Shown piece by piece: positions 14,841 to 23,918 of a stretch of 32,000 bases of DNA. A program made the translations under genes and the position numbers. The notes under the pieces are model-generated. The model was not told the origin of the DNA, searched no databases, and saw nothing but the letters and a program-made list of their open reading frames with translations. The DNA is taken from contig NZ_SNUY01000004.1 in the NCBI RefSeq assembly GCF_004376175.1, positions 67,141 to 99,140 of the forward strand, written 5' to 3'. Each line of letters starts with the position of its first letter. Position 1 is the first letter of the stretch. Source of the DNA: Halalkalibacterium halodurans (GTDB lineage Bacteria > Bacillota > Bacilli > Bacillales > Bacillaceae_D).

Positions 14841-15590
14841 TTATATATGAACGGTGATGTCCCCTTCATCACGAAGCTTCCCAAAAAGAACTTCCAATTG
14901 CTCTTGTTCTTTTTCTGCGATCAATCGCTGTTCAATATTACTTTGCAGCTCTTCAAAAGTGGGTAGCTCGTCTTCCGTATAATACTGCTTTTCTTCTTCA
15001 TAACGAGCTTGGATTTCTTCTTCGGTCACGTTAATCTCTTCGGTTTCCTCTTCGACGTATTTTTGTTGGCGGACGTAATGCTCAATTTCCTCTCGTAGCT
15101 CATCCATGGAGGAGCCACCTTCCTCTAGGGCTTCCATTAATGCTTCTTCCGAAGAAAATTGTGCCACGATAAACGCCAACTCTTCGTCAATTTCCTCTTC
15201 GGACACTTCAATCTCTTTTTCAGTTGCGGCTTGCTGAAGCAATTGTTCGTTTATGAGTTGCTCAATCGTCTGCTCTTCAATGAGCGAGATCATTTGCTTC
15301 CCTTCTTCTCCTTCAAGCGAAATACCGTATTGAGCCATGGTCATCATTTGCTGCTCAAGGACCATTACATAGGTTTCTTTGTCAATCGATTCCCCATTTA
15401 CGGTGGCGACAGGATCAGGGAGATTGTTAATGTCAATAATCTCTTCAATCGAGGGAATTTCACCACTCGCTTCTCCATCTATGTTCTTCTCTACATCTTC
15501 TTGTTCTTGTTCTTGTTCTTGACCGTTACAAGCCATTAGGCCAATTGAAAGTGCAAACACTCCAACGATCAATCCTACCTTTTTAACCAA
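14841..15590 (-). CDS. Highly acidic lipoprotein with a SurA-N/PrsA-like chaperone region
   Basis: TTG start 7 nt after AAAGGAG. Lipobox IGLMAC. The protein is very rich in Glu and Gln. ATVNGESIDKETYVMVLEQQ resembles SurA N-terminal-domain proteins. Confidence 0.6.
   Translation of the reverse strand: MVKKVGLIVGVFALSIGLMACNGQEQEQEQEDVEKNIDGEASGEIPSIEEIIDINNLPDPVATVNGESIDKETYVMVLEQQMMTMAQYGISLEGEEGKQMISLIEEQTIEQLINEQLLQQAATEKEIEVSEEEIDEELAFIVAQFSSEEALMEALEEGGSSMDELREEIEHYVRQQKYVEEETEEINVTEEEIQARYEEEKQYYTEDELPTFEELQSNIEQRLIAEKEQEQLEVLFGKLRDEGDITVHI
15499..15521 (-). repeat. In-frame hexanucleotide tandem repeat (GAACAA x3.5) encoding (QE)n
   Basis: The + strand reads TC TTGTTC TTGTTC TTGTTC TTG. 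It encodes GQEQEQEQE directly after the lipobox Cys. Confidence 0.8.
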
Positions 15591-15625
15591 TGACGACTCT
15601 CCTTTCGTTGATCAAGCCTGTCGCC

Positions 15626-15654
15626 ATTGTAACATACAAGGAATTGAAGTCTAA
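15626..15654 (-). promoter_or_regulatory. Candidate sigma-A promoter (extended -10) of the acidic lipoprotein gene
   Basis: On the minus strand, TTAGAC (15649-15654), a 17-nt spacer, then TACAAT (15626-15631) within the extended -10 TGtTACAAT (15626-15634). Confidence 0.4.
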
Positions 15655-15799
15655 AACTTCCCTCTTCTGATGCCGGCTCTCAAGGCCAAAATGTAAAAAA
15701 CAATCAAAGCAAAAGCCTTTTAATAACAGGCACAAAACAAAGTAGCACGCCAATTTTAAAAAATGATGTAAGAAAAGCGCAAGGCTTATTTTCCCCTGA

Positions 15800-16603
15800 T
15801 CACATAGGCTTGACCCAATACCTTCCTGATTCTACGATAACGTCCAGCGAACAACCAAAGGCAGCGGTGATCGTTTCTTTTGTGAGCACCTCATCTTTTC
15901 GCCCTTGCGCAACTACACGCCCATCTTTAAGCATGAGCACATGGGTGATAAACGGTTGAATTTCTTCTGGATAATGCGTGACATAGAGAAAGGTCGGGGC
16001 TCCTTTCGTCGTTGCTACTGATTCAAGCGTCTGAAGCAACTGTTCACGAGCAATAAGATCAAGACCCGTTGTCGGCTCATCTAGAATAAACAACTCAGGT
16101 TTTGCTACCCATGCCCTCGCGAGGAACGCCCGTTTCCTCTCTCCTTGCGAGAGGGTTAAAAAGCGCTCATCCGTTAGATGGGTAAGGCCAAACGTTTCGA
16201 TGGCCGCCCCCGCTTTCGATACATCAGCTTCCCCTAACGGTTCATAAACACCGACTGTACCGTGAAGCCCGCTCAGCACAATCTCGAGCACAGTATCTTG
16301 ACCTTTCGTATGGAATCGATCATCTAATGACATGCTCACCCAGCCAATTCGTTTTCGAACTTCTTGAATCGGCACTTGGCCATAGCGATTTCCTAGTACG
16401 GCTACATGTCCCTCAGTTGGCCATTCATAGCCTGTGATTATTTTCAATAATGACGTTTTTCCAGAGCCATTCAAGCCAACGATTGCCCAATGCTCCCCTT
16501 GCTCCACTTGCCAGGAAATTTGCTGTAAAATCGGCTTTTTCGCTTTCCGTAGTGTGACCTGTTCGACCTGTAAAATGTCTGCCACGTCCATCACCTCATA
16601 CAT
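15800..16603 (-). CDS. ABC-type ATPase with no adjacent permease (YlmA/ModF-like)
   Basis: Walker A GLNGSGKTS, signature LSQGERKR, Walker B LFILDEPTTGLD. The ATG overlaps the dipeptidase stop by 8 nt (ATGTATGA) and has no separate SD. Confidence 0.85.
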   Translation of the reverse strand: MYEVMDVADILQVEQVTLRKAKKPILQQISWQVEQGEHWAIVGLNGSGKTSLLKIITGYEWPTEGHVAVLGNRYGQVPIQEVRKRIGWVSMSLDDRFHTKGQDTVLEIVLSGLHGTVGVYEPLGEADVSKAGAAIETFGLTHLTDERFLTLSQGERKRAFLARAWVAKPELFILDEPTTGLDLIAREQLLQTLESVATTKGAPTFLYVTHYPEEIQPFITHVLMLKDGRVVAQGRKDEVLTKETITAAFGCSLDVIVESGRYWVKPM

Positions 16604-17528
16604 ACGAAATCGGTGTTGCTTTCAAAAAATTGTCCCATGCAAATCCACGAACTAGCTCTTCATCGTACCGCTTCAATAATTCGTCCATGAACCATTGAAA
16701 TCTCCCTGCATGTTCCAAACCATCCACAAAGCAAGGGATACCATCAAAATCGGAGCCAAAGCCGACATGCTTTTGCCCCCCGAGGGAACAAATATGCTCA
16801 ATATGCTTCATGACATCATCGATTGAAGCATCATCGGTCCCCGTCAAAAAATGAGGGTGAAACACGATGCCTATAAAACCACCCGCCTCCATTAAGGCCT
16901 TTAGTTGAGCGTCGGTTAAATTTCGTCTATGATCACATATCGCTTTTGCGTTGGAATGAGTCGCGACCGGGAACTGTGCATACTCGATCACATCCCAGAA
17001 GCCTCGTTCACTTAAATGGGATACGTCCGTCAATACGTGGTGTTCATTGTTTAATGAAACGACGGCTTTCCCCCATTCCGTTAGACCTCCGCCCCTAGGC
17101 TCTCCAACACCGTCCGCGCATAGATTCGCCTGATTCCATGTCAGACCTAGAGAACGAACACCGAGGCGATAGAGCGTCTTTAGCTTTGTCGGATCATCAC
17201 CAAACGGGTCCGCACCTTCCAATGTTAAAATCGCTCCTATCTGGTCATCATCAAGGGTCAGCAAATCGTCCCAACGTTCAATAAACGTAAACTGAGGATG
17301 CTTTTTTAAAATTTTTTCGTGAAAGAGCTCCGCTTGTTGTAAGGCGACTTGGAACTTTTGATCAAAGGGAATGTCGGGTTCGACGAAGATCGCAAAGCAT
17401 TGTGCCCTTACCCCACCTTCCATTAAACGGACAGCATTGGCTTCAATTGCTGGATCATCTGTATATTCCTTCGCAGGGTCTTCCCACAGCTTGAGTAAAG
17501 CATCACAATGGGCATCGAAAATACGCAA
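16596..17528 (-). CDS. Membrane dipeptidase, peptidase family M19
   Basis: FDAHCD, HSNAKAICDHRRNL and GFGSDFDG. TTG 17528 lies 6 nt after AAAGGAGAGG and gives a 310-aa product. The ORF-track start at 17603 has no SD. Confidence 0.85.
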   Translation of the reverse strand: MRIFDAHCDALLKLWEDPAKEYTDDPAIEANAVRLMEGGVRAQCFAIFVEPDIPFDQKFQVALQQAELFHEKILKKHPQFTFIERWDDLLTLDDDQIGAILTLEGADPFGDDPTKLKTLYRLGVRSLGLTWNQANLCADGVGEPRGGGLTEWGKAVVSLNNEHHVLTDVSHLSERGFWDVIEYAQFPVATHSNAKAICDHRRNLTDAQLKALMEAGGFIGIVFHPHFLTGTDDASIDDVMKHIEHICSLGGQKHVGFGSDFDGIPCFVDGLEHAGRFQWFMDELLKRYDEELVRGFAWDNFLKATPISYV

Positions 17529-17623
17529 CCATTTCCTCTCCTTTCTCTCGAATGTGCTTTCACTTTCACCGACATTGAACCATATATATAGAGTAACGAA
17601 CATAGGTAAAGGAGGCTATTCAT

Positions 17624-18058
17624 ATGAGTCGCGAGGAGAGCGGTAAAAGCAAGCTCCCTAACGTATATCAAGATTTTTTACGTTCCATCGATGATTTTTT
17701 TTCTAAATCGTTTCAACATCTCCATGATAATGGGATGTTCGCTCCTTCCATTCCGATTCGCCAATACGAGAAAGGAGAGCAGTTTATCATTGAAGCCGAA
17801 CTTCCAGGCGTATCCAAAAACCAAATTCAGCTAGACGTTTTCCCCCAATATGTACGTATTCGCATTCATGAAGAAGAAGTACTTGAAATGCGGGAAGATG
17901 AAAAAGGAATCTACTCAAAATCCATCTCAAGTCAAGCGAGAGAACGAGTGATTCCTTTCCCATACCCCGTGCAAGAAGGTGATATCAAAGCGAGATTACG
18001 AAACGGCTTATTGACGATCGCGATTCCGAACCATCGGAAACGTATCAACATTGAATAA
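17624..18058 (+). CDS. Hsp20/alpha-crystallin family small heat-shock or spore-coat-type protein
   Basis: Alpha-crystallin domain (FIIEAELPGVSKNQIQLDV...GLLTIAIP). SD AAAGGAGG lies 8 nt upstream. Confidence 0.8.
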   Translation: MSREESGKSKLPNVYQDFLRSIDDFFSKSFQHLHDNGMFAPSIPIRQYEKGEQFIIEAELPGVSKNQIQLDVFPQYVRIRIHEEEVLEMREDEKGIYSKSISSQARERVIPFPYPVQEGDIKARLRNGLLTIAIPNHRKRINIE

Positions 18059-18081
18059 TTGGAGCGAAAGGAGGCGTTGAC

Positions 18082-18411
18082 ATGTACAACCTGCATCCTC
18101 GTCAAACATGGTCTCAAGGTGCCTATTACCAACAGCCTTTTCAGCATTCGACTTGGCCAAATCATCCCCAACCAACTAGCTCTGGATGGGGACAAATGTA
18201 TACGAGCACAGGCCCTAGCTTCCCACCGCCTTTTTACCCAAATTACTTTTCTCAGCAAAAGCCTAAAGCTTCCCCATGGAAAGCGGCTTTTACGAATCAG
18301 GATGGCACCTTTGACATTAATAAAACGTTTCAAACCGTGGACCAAGTGGTGAAAACTGTTAATCAAGTGACACCCCTTGTGAAGTCTGTCGGTTCGATCT
18401 TTATTAAATAA
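18082..18411 (+). CDS. yppG: YppG-like protein (Q/P/Y-rich N-terminus, conserved C-terminal motif)
   Basis: SD AAAGGAGG lies 7 nt before the ATG. The C-terminal sequence DGTFDINKTFQTVDQVVKTVNQVTPLVKSVGSIF matches my recollection of the YppG family. Confidence 0.65.
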   Translation: MYNLHPRQTWSQGAYYQQPFQHSTWPNHPQPTSSGWGQMYTSTGPSFPPPFYPNYFSQQKPKASPWKAAFTNQDGTFDINKTFQTVDQVVKTVNQVTPLVKSVGSIFIK

Positions 18412-18419
18412 ACCAGCCT

Positions 18420-18728
18420 TTACATCGTGCGAATCGATTGTCCGTAGGCTAATGTTTGATTTCGATTGATCAGCTTGAATCCTTGAGAAGGAACAAAATC
18501 TACTTTGACTTCCTCGCCAATCTCTTCGGCTGCCTTCTCATCATATATCCACGTCATTTCATGAAACGACTGGACGTGGTCGTCTTGATTTACGTGATCG
18601 TACGCTAAATAAAACTCAATCATCGTGCTGCATTCGTACGTATCTCTTGCCACAATTCGAATTGCACGATCGCCAAGCTCCAGCTTATCCAGCTGGCTTT
18701 TTGCAGATTCTGTTACTATGATTTTCAC
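18420..18728 (-). CDS. HesB/IscA-fold small protein (second copy of the fold in the window), 102 aa
   Basis: GTG 18728 lies 6 nt after GGAGGA. The sequence begins VKIIVTESAKSQLDKL... and has a single Cys. Confidence 0.6.
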   Translation of the reverse strand: MKIIVTESAKSQLDKLELGDRAIRIVARDTYECSTMIEFYLAYDHVNQDDHVQSFHEMTWIYDEKAAEEIGEEVKVDFVPSQGFKLINRNQTLAYGQSIRTM

Positions 18729-18755
18729 AAAGCATCCTCCATTCATCGTTATGTA

Positions 18756-18788
18756 GCAGAAAAGGAGTCCTAGAGACTCTTTTTCTGC
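18756..18788 (-). terminator. Hairpin terminator downstream of the chemoreceptor gene
   Basis: 14-bp stem GCAGAAAAGGAGTC / GACTCTTTTTCTGC (one wobble or mismatch) with a 5-nt loop, 26 nt after the stop at 18814. There is no clean U-tract after the stem on the minus strand. Confidence 0.5.
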
Positions 18789-18813
18789 TCATCATAGACA
18801 AGTGCGAACGAAC

Positions 18814-20829
18814 TTAAGAGTTGGATTCAGACTCCGTTTGAAATTGGCGTACGGATTGGTTCAATTCATGGCTTGCTTCTTGAAGCTGTTCGGCTGCTTC
18901 TGTAATCCGCTGAAGGGCTGTAACCTGCTCGTCTGTTGACGCGTTTACTTCCTCGGATGTCGCCGCGGCTTGCTCTGCCACTTCCACTACTGCCTCGATA
19001 CGTTTGACAAACTGGCTGTTTTGCTCAGCAAGTGTACCGAAATCCTCTTGGACACTAGCAAGTGTTTCGTTCATTTGCTTAATGAGGCTTGCCATGTGAA
19101 GGAACGTATTCTCTGTTTCATCGACTGAATCCGACTGTTCAGAAAGAATGCTTCGCGCTTGCTTCATGTCCACGATGACCTGCTTCGAGCGATTGACGAT
19201 TCCCGTGATCGTATCACCTACACGAACGGTTTCATGTGACGATTGTTCTGCAAGTCGGCGAACCTCATTCGCTACGACTGCAAACCCCTTGCCGTGCTCC
19301 CCTGCTCGCGCCGCCTCAATACTTGCGTTTAAAGCAAGGAGATTCGTTTGCTCCGACAAATGGTTGATCGTGTGGATCACTTCGTTGATTTCCATAATAT
19401 GATCGGATAATTTAAGCAATCCGTCTTCCATCTGATCAAACACTGTGTTCGCTTCCAATGTCTTCGTTTTTAGATGCTGAACTTTCTCTGAGCCTGATTG
19501 TCCAGCCAAACGTGTTTCATTGGAAAGGCTGCCGACCTCTGTCATGGATAAGCTCATTTGCTCCATTTGCCGTGCCAATTGGTCAATTTGACGCTTAGCT
19601 TCATCCAAATGCTCCACCTGCGTTGTTGAACCTATGGCCACATCGCGGACAGCCAAAGCAATTTCTTCGCTTGAGGCAATTGTCTCTTCCGAAATGGCCG
19701 TCAGATGATCAGCTGCTTCTTGGACGTGGGCGGTAGAGCCTTTGACAGTCGTAATGATCCCTCTTAATTGTACGAGCATTTCTTTAAAACTTTCTGTTAA
19801 TTGCCCTACTTCATCGTTTCCTGCAGCTCTTACGTCAACGGTAAGGTCACCGGACGCCACCGTTCCGACGTGTGTTCCTAGCCGGCTAATTGGCTTTGTA
19901 ATCGAACGAGCTACCAATATGACAATCATCATTCCGACGATTAAAGCAATAACGGACACAAGGATAATCCCATTTCGCACGGTATTTACATCTTTTAGCA
20001 TGTTATCCCGCTCAAATTCCATTCCAACGATCCAACCGGTTAACGGTACGGTTTGGAAAAATAAAATCGTTGATTCACCATCTGTTCGTCCATTTTCCGA
20101 ATCTGAGGTTGCCTGTATCACTTGCCCATACAGCTCATCCTCAGTCACTGTTTCTCCAAGTAGCGTCGGATGAACAATTGCAGTACCTTCACGATCAAAA
20201 AGGAAGATCGTTCCATCGTAATTCATCTCGATACTTCCGAGAATATCAGAAAAATCATTTAATGTCATATCAATCCCAGCAACCCCTTGAGCCTGTCCAC
20301 GTTCATCCAAAATCGCCTTCGCGACAGTCATGACGATTTCTCCGTCCTCTATGCTCACATACGGACTAGTCCAAACAACCTCCGTAGGGGACGCCATCGC
20401 CAGTTCATACCACGGACGAGTCGTCGGATCAAAATCATCCGGCAAATCAACAGTAGGAACGGTCTCAATTGTTCGCCCTTCTGTTGCTACATAACTCAAC
20501 TGAATGTTCGGATGTAGTTGTCCGTATCCGGCTAATTGACCAAGTACCTCTCCACTTACGTCTGATGAACCAGCGTCGATTTGCTCATTCACATAGGTTA
20601 ATGTACGCGGATCATTTGCAAGCAATTGCAATTGATGAACATGCTCTTGTATGTATCGTTCCGTATACCGGCTCACCTCCTGTAAGACGGTTACCGCTTC
20701 ATTTTCTACTTGCCTCTCAATGGAGCGTGACATTTGCATGTACGTAATAAGTGACACCGCCATTAGGACCATTAGTAGCGTCATTGAAAATAAGACTGTT
20801 AGTTTCTTTTGAATCGATTGCTTAAACAA
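18814..20829 (-). CDS. Methyl-accepting chemotaxis protein (dCache-type sensor, HAMP, MA domain)
   Basis: The conserved signalling hairpin [34 protein letters not shown] is present. Two TM segments flank a periplasmic domain of about 260 aa. TTG start lies 8 nt after AGGAGA. Confidence 0.9.
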   Translation of the reverse strand: MFKQSIQKKLTVLFSMTLLMVLMAVSLITYMQMSRSIERQVENEAVTVLQEVSRYTERYIQEHVHQLQLLANDPRTLTYVNEQIDAGSSDVSGEVLGQLAGYGQLHPNIQLSYVATEGRTIETVPTVDLPDDFDPTTRPWYELAMASPTEVVWTSPYVSIEDGEIVMTVAKAILDERGQAQGVAGIDMTLNDFSDILGSIEMNYDGTIFLFDREGTAIVHPTLLGETVTEDELYGQVIQATSDSENGRTDGESTILFFQTVPLTGWIVGMEFERDNMLKDVNTVRNGIILVSVIALIVGMMIVILVARSITKPISRLGTHVGTVASGDLTVDVRAAGNDEVGQLTESFKEMLVQLRGIITTVKGSTAHVQEAADHLTAISEETIASSEEIALAVRDVAIGSTTQVEHLDEAKRQIDQLARQMEQMSLSMTEVGSLSNETRLAGQSGSEKVQHLKTKTLEANTVFDQMEDGLLKLSDHIMEINEVIHTINHLSEQTNLLALNASIEAARAGEHGKGFAVVANEVRRLAEQSSHETVRVGDTITGIVNRSKQVIVDMKQARSILSEQSDSVDETENTFLHMASLIKQMNETLASVQEDFGTLAEQNSQFVKRIEAVVEVAEQAAATSEEVNASTDEQVTALQRITEAAEQLQEASHELNQSVRQFQTESESNS

Positions 20830-21278
20830 AAGGTAATCTCCTCTCTAAGTTGTCATTTTTCTTGATCGTCAAAGACACAATCATCCTACCTAGGACAATT
20901 GGTCCTCCACCGTCATATTGTACCTAATTACCTATGAAATTTCTATCATTGTTTGAAATTTCTCTGAAATCAAAAGATTTCTTTTGTTAAGCAAAGGCTT
21001 TCATGACTGCTTTATCCATTTTCTAGTAAATTTCAAGCGTTACATTCACCTGTTGCAACTGGCTCCGCTCCTCTACCGATGAGTCTGATTGATACCTACT
21101 GTACGCAGCTCCTGTCTCACAGAGGCGATGCCTTCCTGTTATCATTTGAACGAAATGGCGGTCTGCATGAGAGAATCGACGATGATCGCATGTTAATAAT
21201 AATCCTCCTCTTTATTTGACTGAATTTTCAGAAAAAAATTAGCCATCTATACATGAGTATACCGCACGCAACGATAAG

Positions 21279-21310
21279 AAAAAAGCAGCCACTTCAAAGC
21301 GAAGGACTGC
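21279..21310 (-). terminator. Intrinsic terminator of the ykuI-MFS unit
   Basis: Imperfect stem GCAGCCACTTC / GAAGGACTGC (9 bp, one bulge, one mismatch) followed on the minus strand by TTTTTT. The stem overlaps the TAG stop. Confidence 0.5.
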
Positions 21311-22488
21311 TATTTTTCAGCTATGGCAGGGAGGGGATGGAACGATTTTTTGTAGACGAAATGATAGACGGTCATACCTAACGCTCCAATGAAAGCTGAA
21401 AGGGCAAGATAGGAATAGAGTGTCGGGATACTGAATGCTTGAATCATCCAACCGCCGAATAACGAGCCAAAAATTCCAGAGAGCCCAAAGGTTGTCGAGA
21501 TAAACAGCACATGCCCTGTCGCTTGTAAATGCTTCGGAATCAAATGGCTTACAAAGGCAAAGGCCGCCACGTAAAACACCCCAAAGGTCATGCCATGTAA
21601 CGTTTGTAACGGCAAAAGCAGCCACGGTACAGCGACCATGCTCACGAGCCACCAACGGACTCCGTAGAAAACAGCTGCAAAAATGACAAATCCGATCGGG
21701 GAAAATTTTCGAAACCATAAAGTACTCGTGGCAAGAACAGCCGCTTCGGTAGCAACCCCGATAAACCATGCCCAGCCTATGTATGATTCAGGCCCGCCTA
21801 ATTCGACAATATAGATGCTGAGAAAGATATCATTGGTCCGGTGGGTAACCGTAATAAACACGATACATACTAAGAAAAAGAAAATTTTCGGATCAATCGC
21901 AAGTTTCAAAGCACTTAATAAGGTGACTGGCTTTGTTGTATCTGAAAAATCCTCCAAGCCAAACGATAACCATAGCGAGATAACCGTGACGACAAGCAAT
22001 GGCACCATAATATATGTCACCCCGATGGCAGCTAAAATATAGCCTACAGCGAGGGACGTAAAACCAAACCCGAGCGAGCCCCACATGCGAATTTTTCCAA
22101 AAGAGAGACGCCTGTTGATCGCTGTTTTTTGCGCAAGACTATCACCTAGTGCCGTCGTTGGCGACAAAAACAAAAACAGAACAAACATCATAATAAAATA
22201 ACCAGCAAAGCTGGCAGCACCCATAAAAGCAAAAACGGCCACGATCATCCCAATTAGGGCAATTTGAAGCATTCGTTTGATCGATTTATATTTATCGCTT
22301 AAAAAGCCCCACGTCGGCTGGGCTAAGATCATAGCGAAAGGCCCCACCGCCATAAGCACTCCAATTTCCCCTGCCGTAAGTCCGACAGCTGAAAAATAAA
22401 CGGGTAAGTAGCTCGTGACAATGGTCATCGACGAATAAGCAAAAAATAAATAGGCCATAAGCCGATAGACCGACTGAACACGTATCAT
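21310..22488 (-). CDS. MFS transporter (12 TM, LacY/HcaT-like subfamily)
   Basis: The protein is hydrophobic throughout with about 12 predicted helices. SD GGAGAAA is present. Only 38 nt separate it from ykuI, with no terminator. Confidence 0.8.
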   Translation of the reverse strand: MIRVQSVYRLMAYLFFAYSSMTIVTSYLPVYFSAVGLTAGEIGVLMAVGPFAMILAQPTWGFLSDKYKSIKRMLQIALIGMIVAVFAFMGAASFAGYFIMMFVLFLFLSPTTALGDSLAQKTAINRRLSFGKIRMWGSLGFGFTSLAVGYILAAIGVTYIMVPLLVVTVISLWLSFGLEDFSDTTKPVTLLSALKLAIDPKIFFFLVCIVFITVTHRTNDIFLSIYIVELGGPESYIGWAWFIGVATEAAVLATSTLWFRKFSPIGFVIFAAVFYGVRWWLVSMVAVPWLLLPLQTLHGMTFGVFYVAAFAFVSHLIPKHLQATGHVLFISTTFGLSGIFGSLFGGWMIQAFSIPTLYSYLALSAFIGALGMTVYHFVYKKSFHPLPAIAEK

Positions 22489-22526
22489 AATTTCTCCTCT
22501 TTTCTACTGATAGCCGATCTCGCTTT

Positions 22527-23744
22527 TTAAATCAAGCCATCTTGTTCAAACAAATATTGGTATGGAATATCTAAATACACATAGAGATTGTCTTTGATTG
22601 GGTATGCATACGTACGAATTCGTTCATCCCGTTGAATATCCGTATAAAGATCGGACAAAATGCCTCTCTTTTCATAGTTCATCCTTACGATGTTCTCCAG
22701 AAAATAGGGACGCCAGCTCCAGTTTTTATACCGACCTTCCCCCCGTAGCTTCCATTCACCGTTTTCATCTTTTTCGGCATTGGAGGATTGCTGGAATCCA
22801 TCTCCATCCGTAATGTACACTCGAAAGGCAAACTCATCACAATCTTGAGCAATCGCCAGCACCATCTCATCATACGAGGTCATATGTTCAATTCGTTTTA
22901 ACGTTATCCTTAACTGTTGATTCGCTTTCTCCGTTAACTGAAGCTGGGCCTCCATTTTTTTTCGCTCGTAAACAATGAAATGATGAAAGTCCTTTTGTAG
23001 TTTCTCTTTGCACAGCTCTCGGTCGACGAATGTCTCTCTTGGTGGCGCTAAATACAAGCCTTGATAGTAACGCCCACCGTTACGCCACGCATAGTTTAGT
23101 TGATTAAACTGCGAGATTCCCTCAAACAGCAAAGTGGCTCCAATTTTTCGCGTAAGCATGGATAATGAATGATGCACTTCCTGATACATTTGCGAAAAAG
23201 CCTCTTCATGAAACCGTTCTAAGTTAACCTTTACGATATTCGGTTTTAATAGAGCGAGCCGATCTAAGTTCGTTTCAGACAAACCGACATCATCGATACT
23301 CATTCGAATTCCTAAGCTTTGAAAATACATAAACACATGTTTTAAATCGTCTAGGTGGCCGTCGAGTTGCTCTTCTTTAATTCCGATGATCACTTTCGTC
23401 AAATCTAGGCCTTGCTCTTGATAAAATTCGAGTCTTTTTAATACGTTTTCCCCGTTTGTTTTAGCCAGCAGCACTCCATTATATTTCAAACAAAGAATGA
23501 GATGATCATCACCAGCTAAATAATGCTCCAAGGCTAGCGTCTGTACATGATCTTCTAGCTCTAGCCTATACTCGTCTGGGATGGAAGCGTCATGAAAAAA
23601 CCAGCCAAGGCTTTCCTCTCCCTCACTTCCCTCATAACGGGCCAACACATCATAAGCGACAACCATTTGGTTATCTGCACTTACGATTGGTTGATAGTAA
23701 GGCAACACTTTCGATTTGTTCATAAACACGTCTAACGGGTCCAT
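22527..23744 (-). CDS. ykuI: YkuI-like EAL-domain protein with a C-terminal PAS-like domain (degenerate catalytic motifs)
   Basis: End-to-end resemblance to B. subtilis YkuI (MDPLDVF...LPYYQPIV...RNGGRYYQG...KNWSWRPYFLENI...YLFEQDGLI). ATG 23744 lies 9 nt after AGGAGGTG. The product is 405 aa. Confidence 0.8.
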   Translation of the reverse strand: MDPLDVFMNKSKVLPYYQPIVSADNQMVVAYDVLARYEGSEGEESLGWFFHDASIPDEYRLELEDHVQTLALEHYLAGDDHLILCLKYNGVLLAKTNGENVLKRLEFYQEQGLDLTKVIIGIKEEQLDGHLDDLKHVFMYFQSLGIRMSIDDVGLSETNLDRLALLKPNIVKVNLERFHEEAFSQMYQEVHHSLSMLTRKIGATLLFEGISQFNQLNYAWRNGGRYYQGLYLAPPRETFVDRELCKEKLQKDFHHFIVYERKKMEAQLQLTEKANQQLRITLKRIEHMTSYDEMVLAIAQDCDEFAFRVYITDGDGFQQSSNAEKDENGEWKLRGEGRYKNWSWRPYFLENIVRMNYEKRGILSDLYTDIQRDERIRTYAYPIKDNLYVYLDIPYQYLFEQDGLI

Positions 23745-23861
23745 CGATGCATACACCTCCTGCGAAAACGAAACAAAAATCAAACGCTAGGAAACACAGT
23801 TGTTTCTACTAGTGTTTGACATGATGACCTAGCAATCAGCGCTCATATTCCATTCTTATTT

Positions 23862-23890
23862 ATTATAGCATAGCACCTTTAAGAACTTAA
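23862..23890 (-). promoter_or_regulatory. Candidate extended -10 sigma-A promoter of ykuI-MFS
   Basis: On the minus strand, TGcTATAAT (23862-23870) with a weak -35 TTAAGT (23885-23890) and a 17-nt spacer. Confidence 0.45.
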
Positions 23891-23918
23891 GAAAACGAAA
23901 CAAGCGACCTTGGCGGCC

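Noticed and set aside
15159-15539. 126-aa + strand ORF opposite the acidic lipoprotein gene
   Set aside because: It is the mirror image of GAA/CAA-rich coding sequence (Phe/Leu-rich). It has no SD and no signal features.
17529-17603. Extended dipeptidase N-terminus (MFVTLYIWFNVGESES...)
   Set aside because: M19 enzymes begin just before the FDAHCD motif. A strong SD precedes TTG 17528 and none precedes 17603.
18059-18352. 97-aa + strand ORF in the alternative frame to the YppG-like gene
   Set aside because: It has a TTG start with no SD, and the AAAGGAGG within it serves the ATG at 18082. The product has no recognisable features, whereas the other frame gives the YppG C-terminal motif.
17932-18366. 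144-aa antisense ORF across the Hsp20 and YppG genes
   Set aside because: It lies opposite two well-supported genes, has no SD, and its Arg/Trp-rich composition is typical of antisense translation.
19148-20747. Several 76-143-aa + strand ORFs inside the chemoreceptor gene
   Set aside because: All are antisense to a gene with an unmistakable MCP signalling domain. Long antisense frames are expected opposite Ala/Glu-rich coiled-coil coding sequence.
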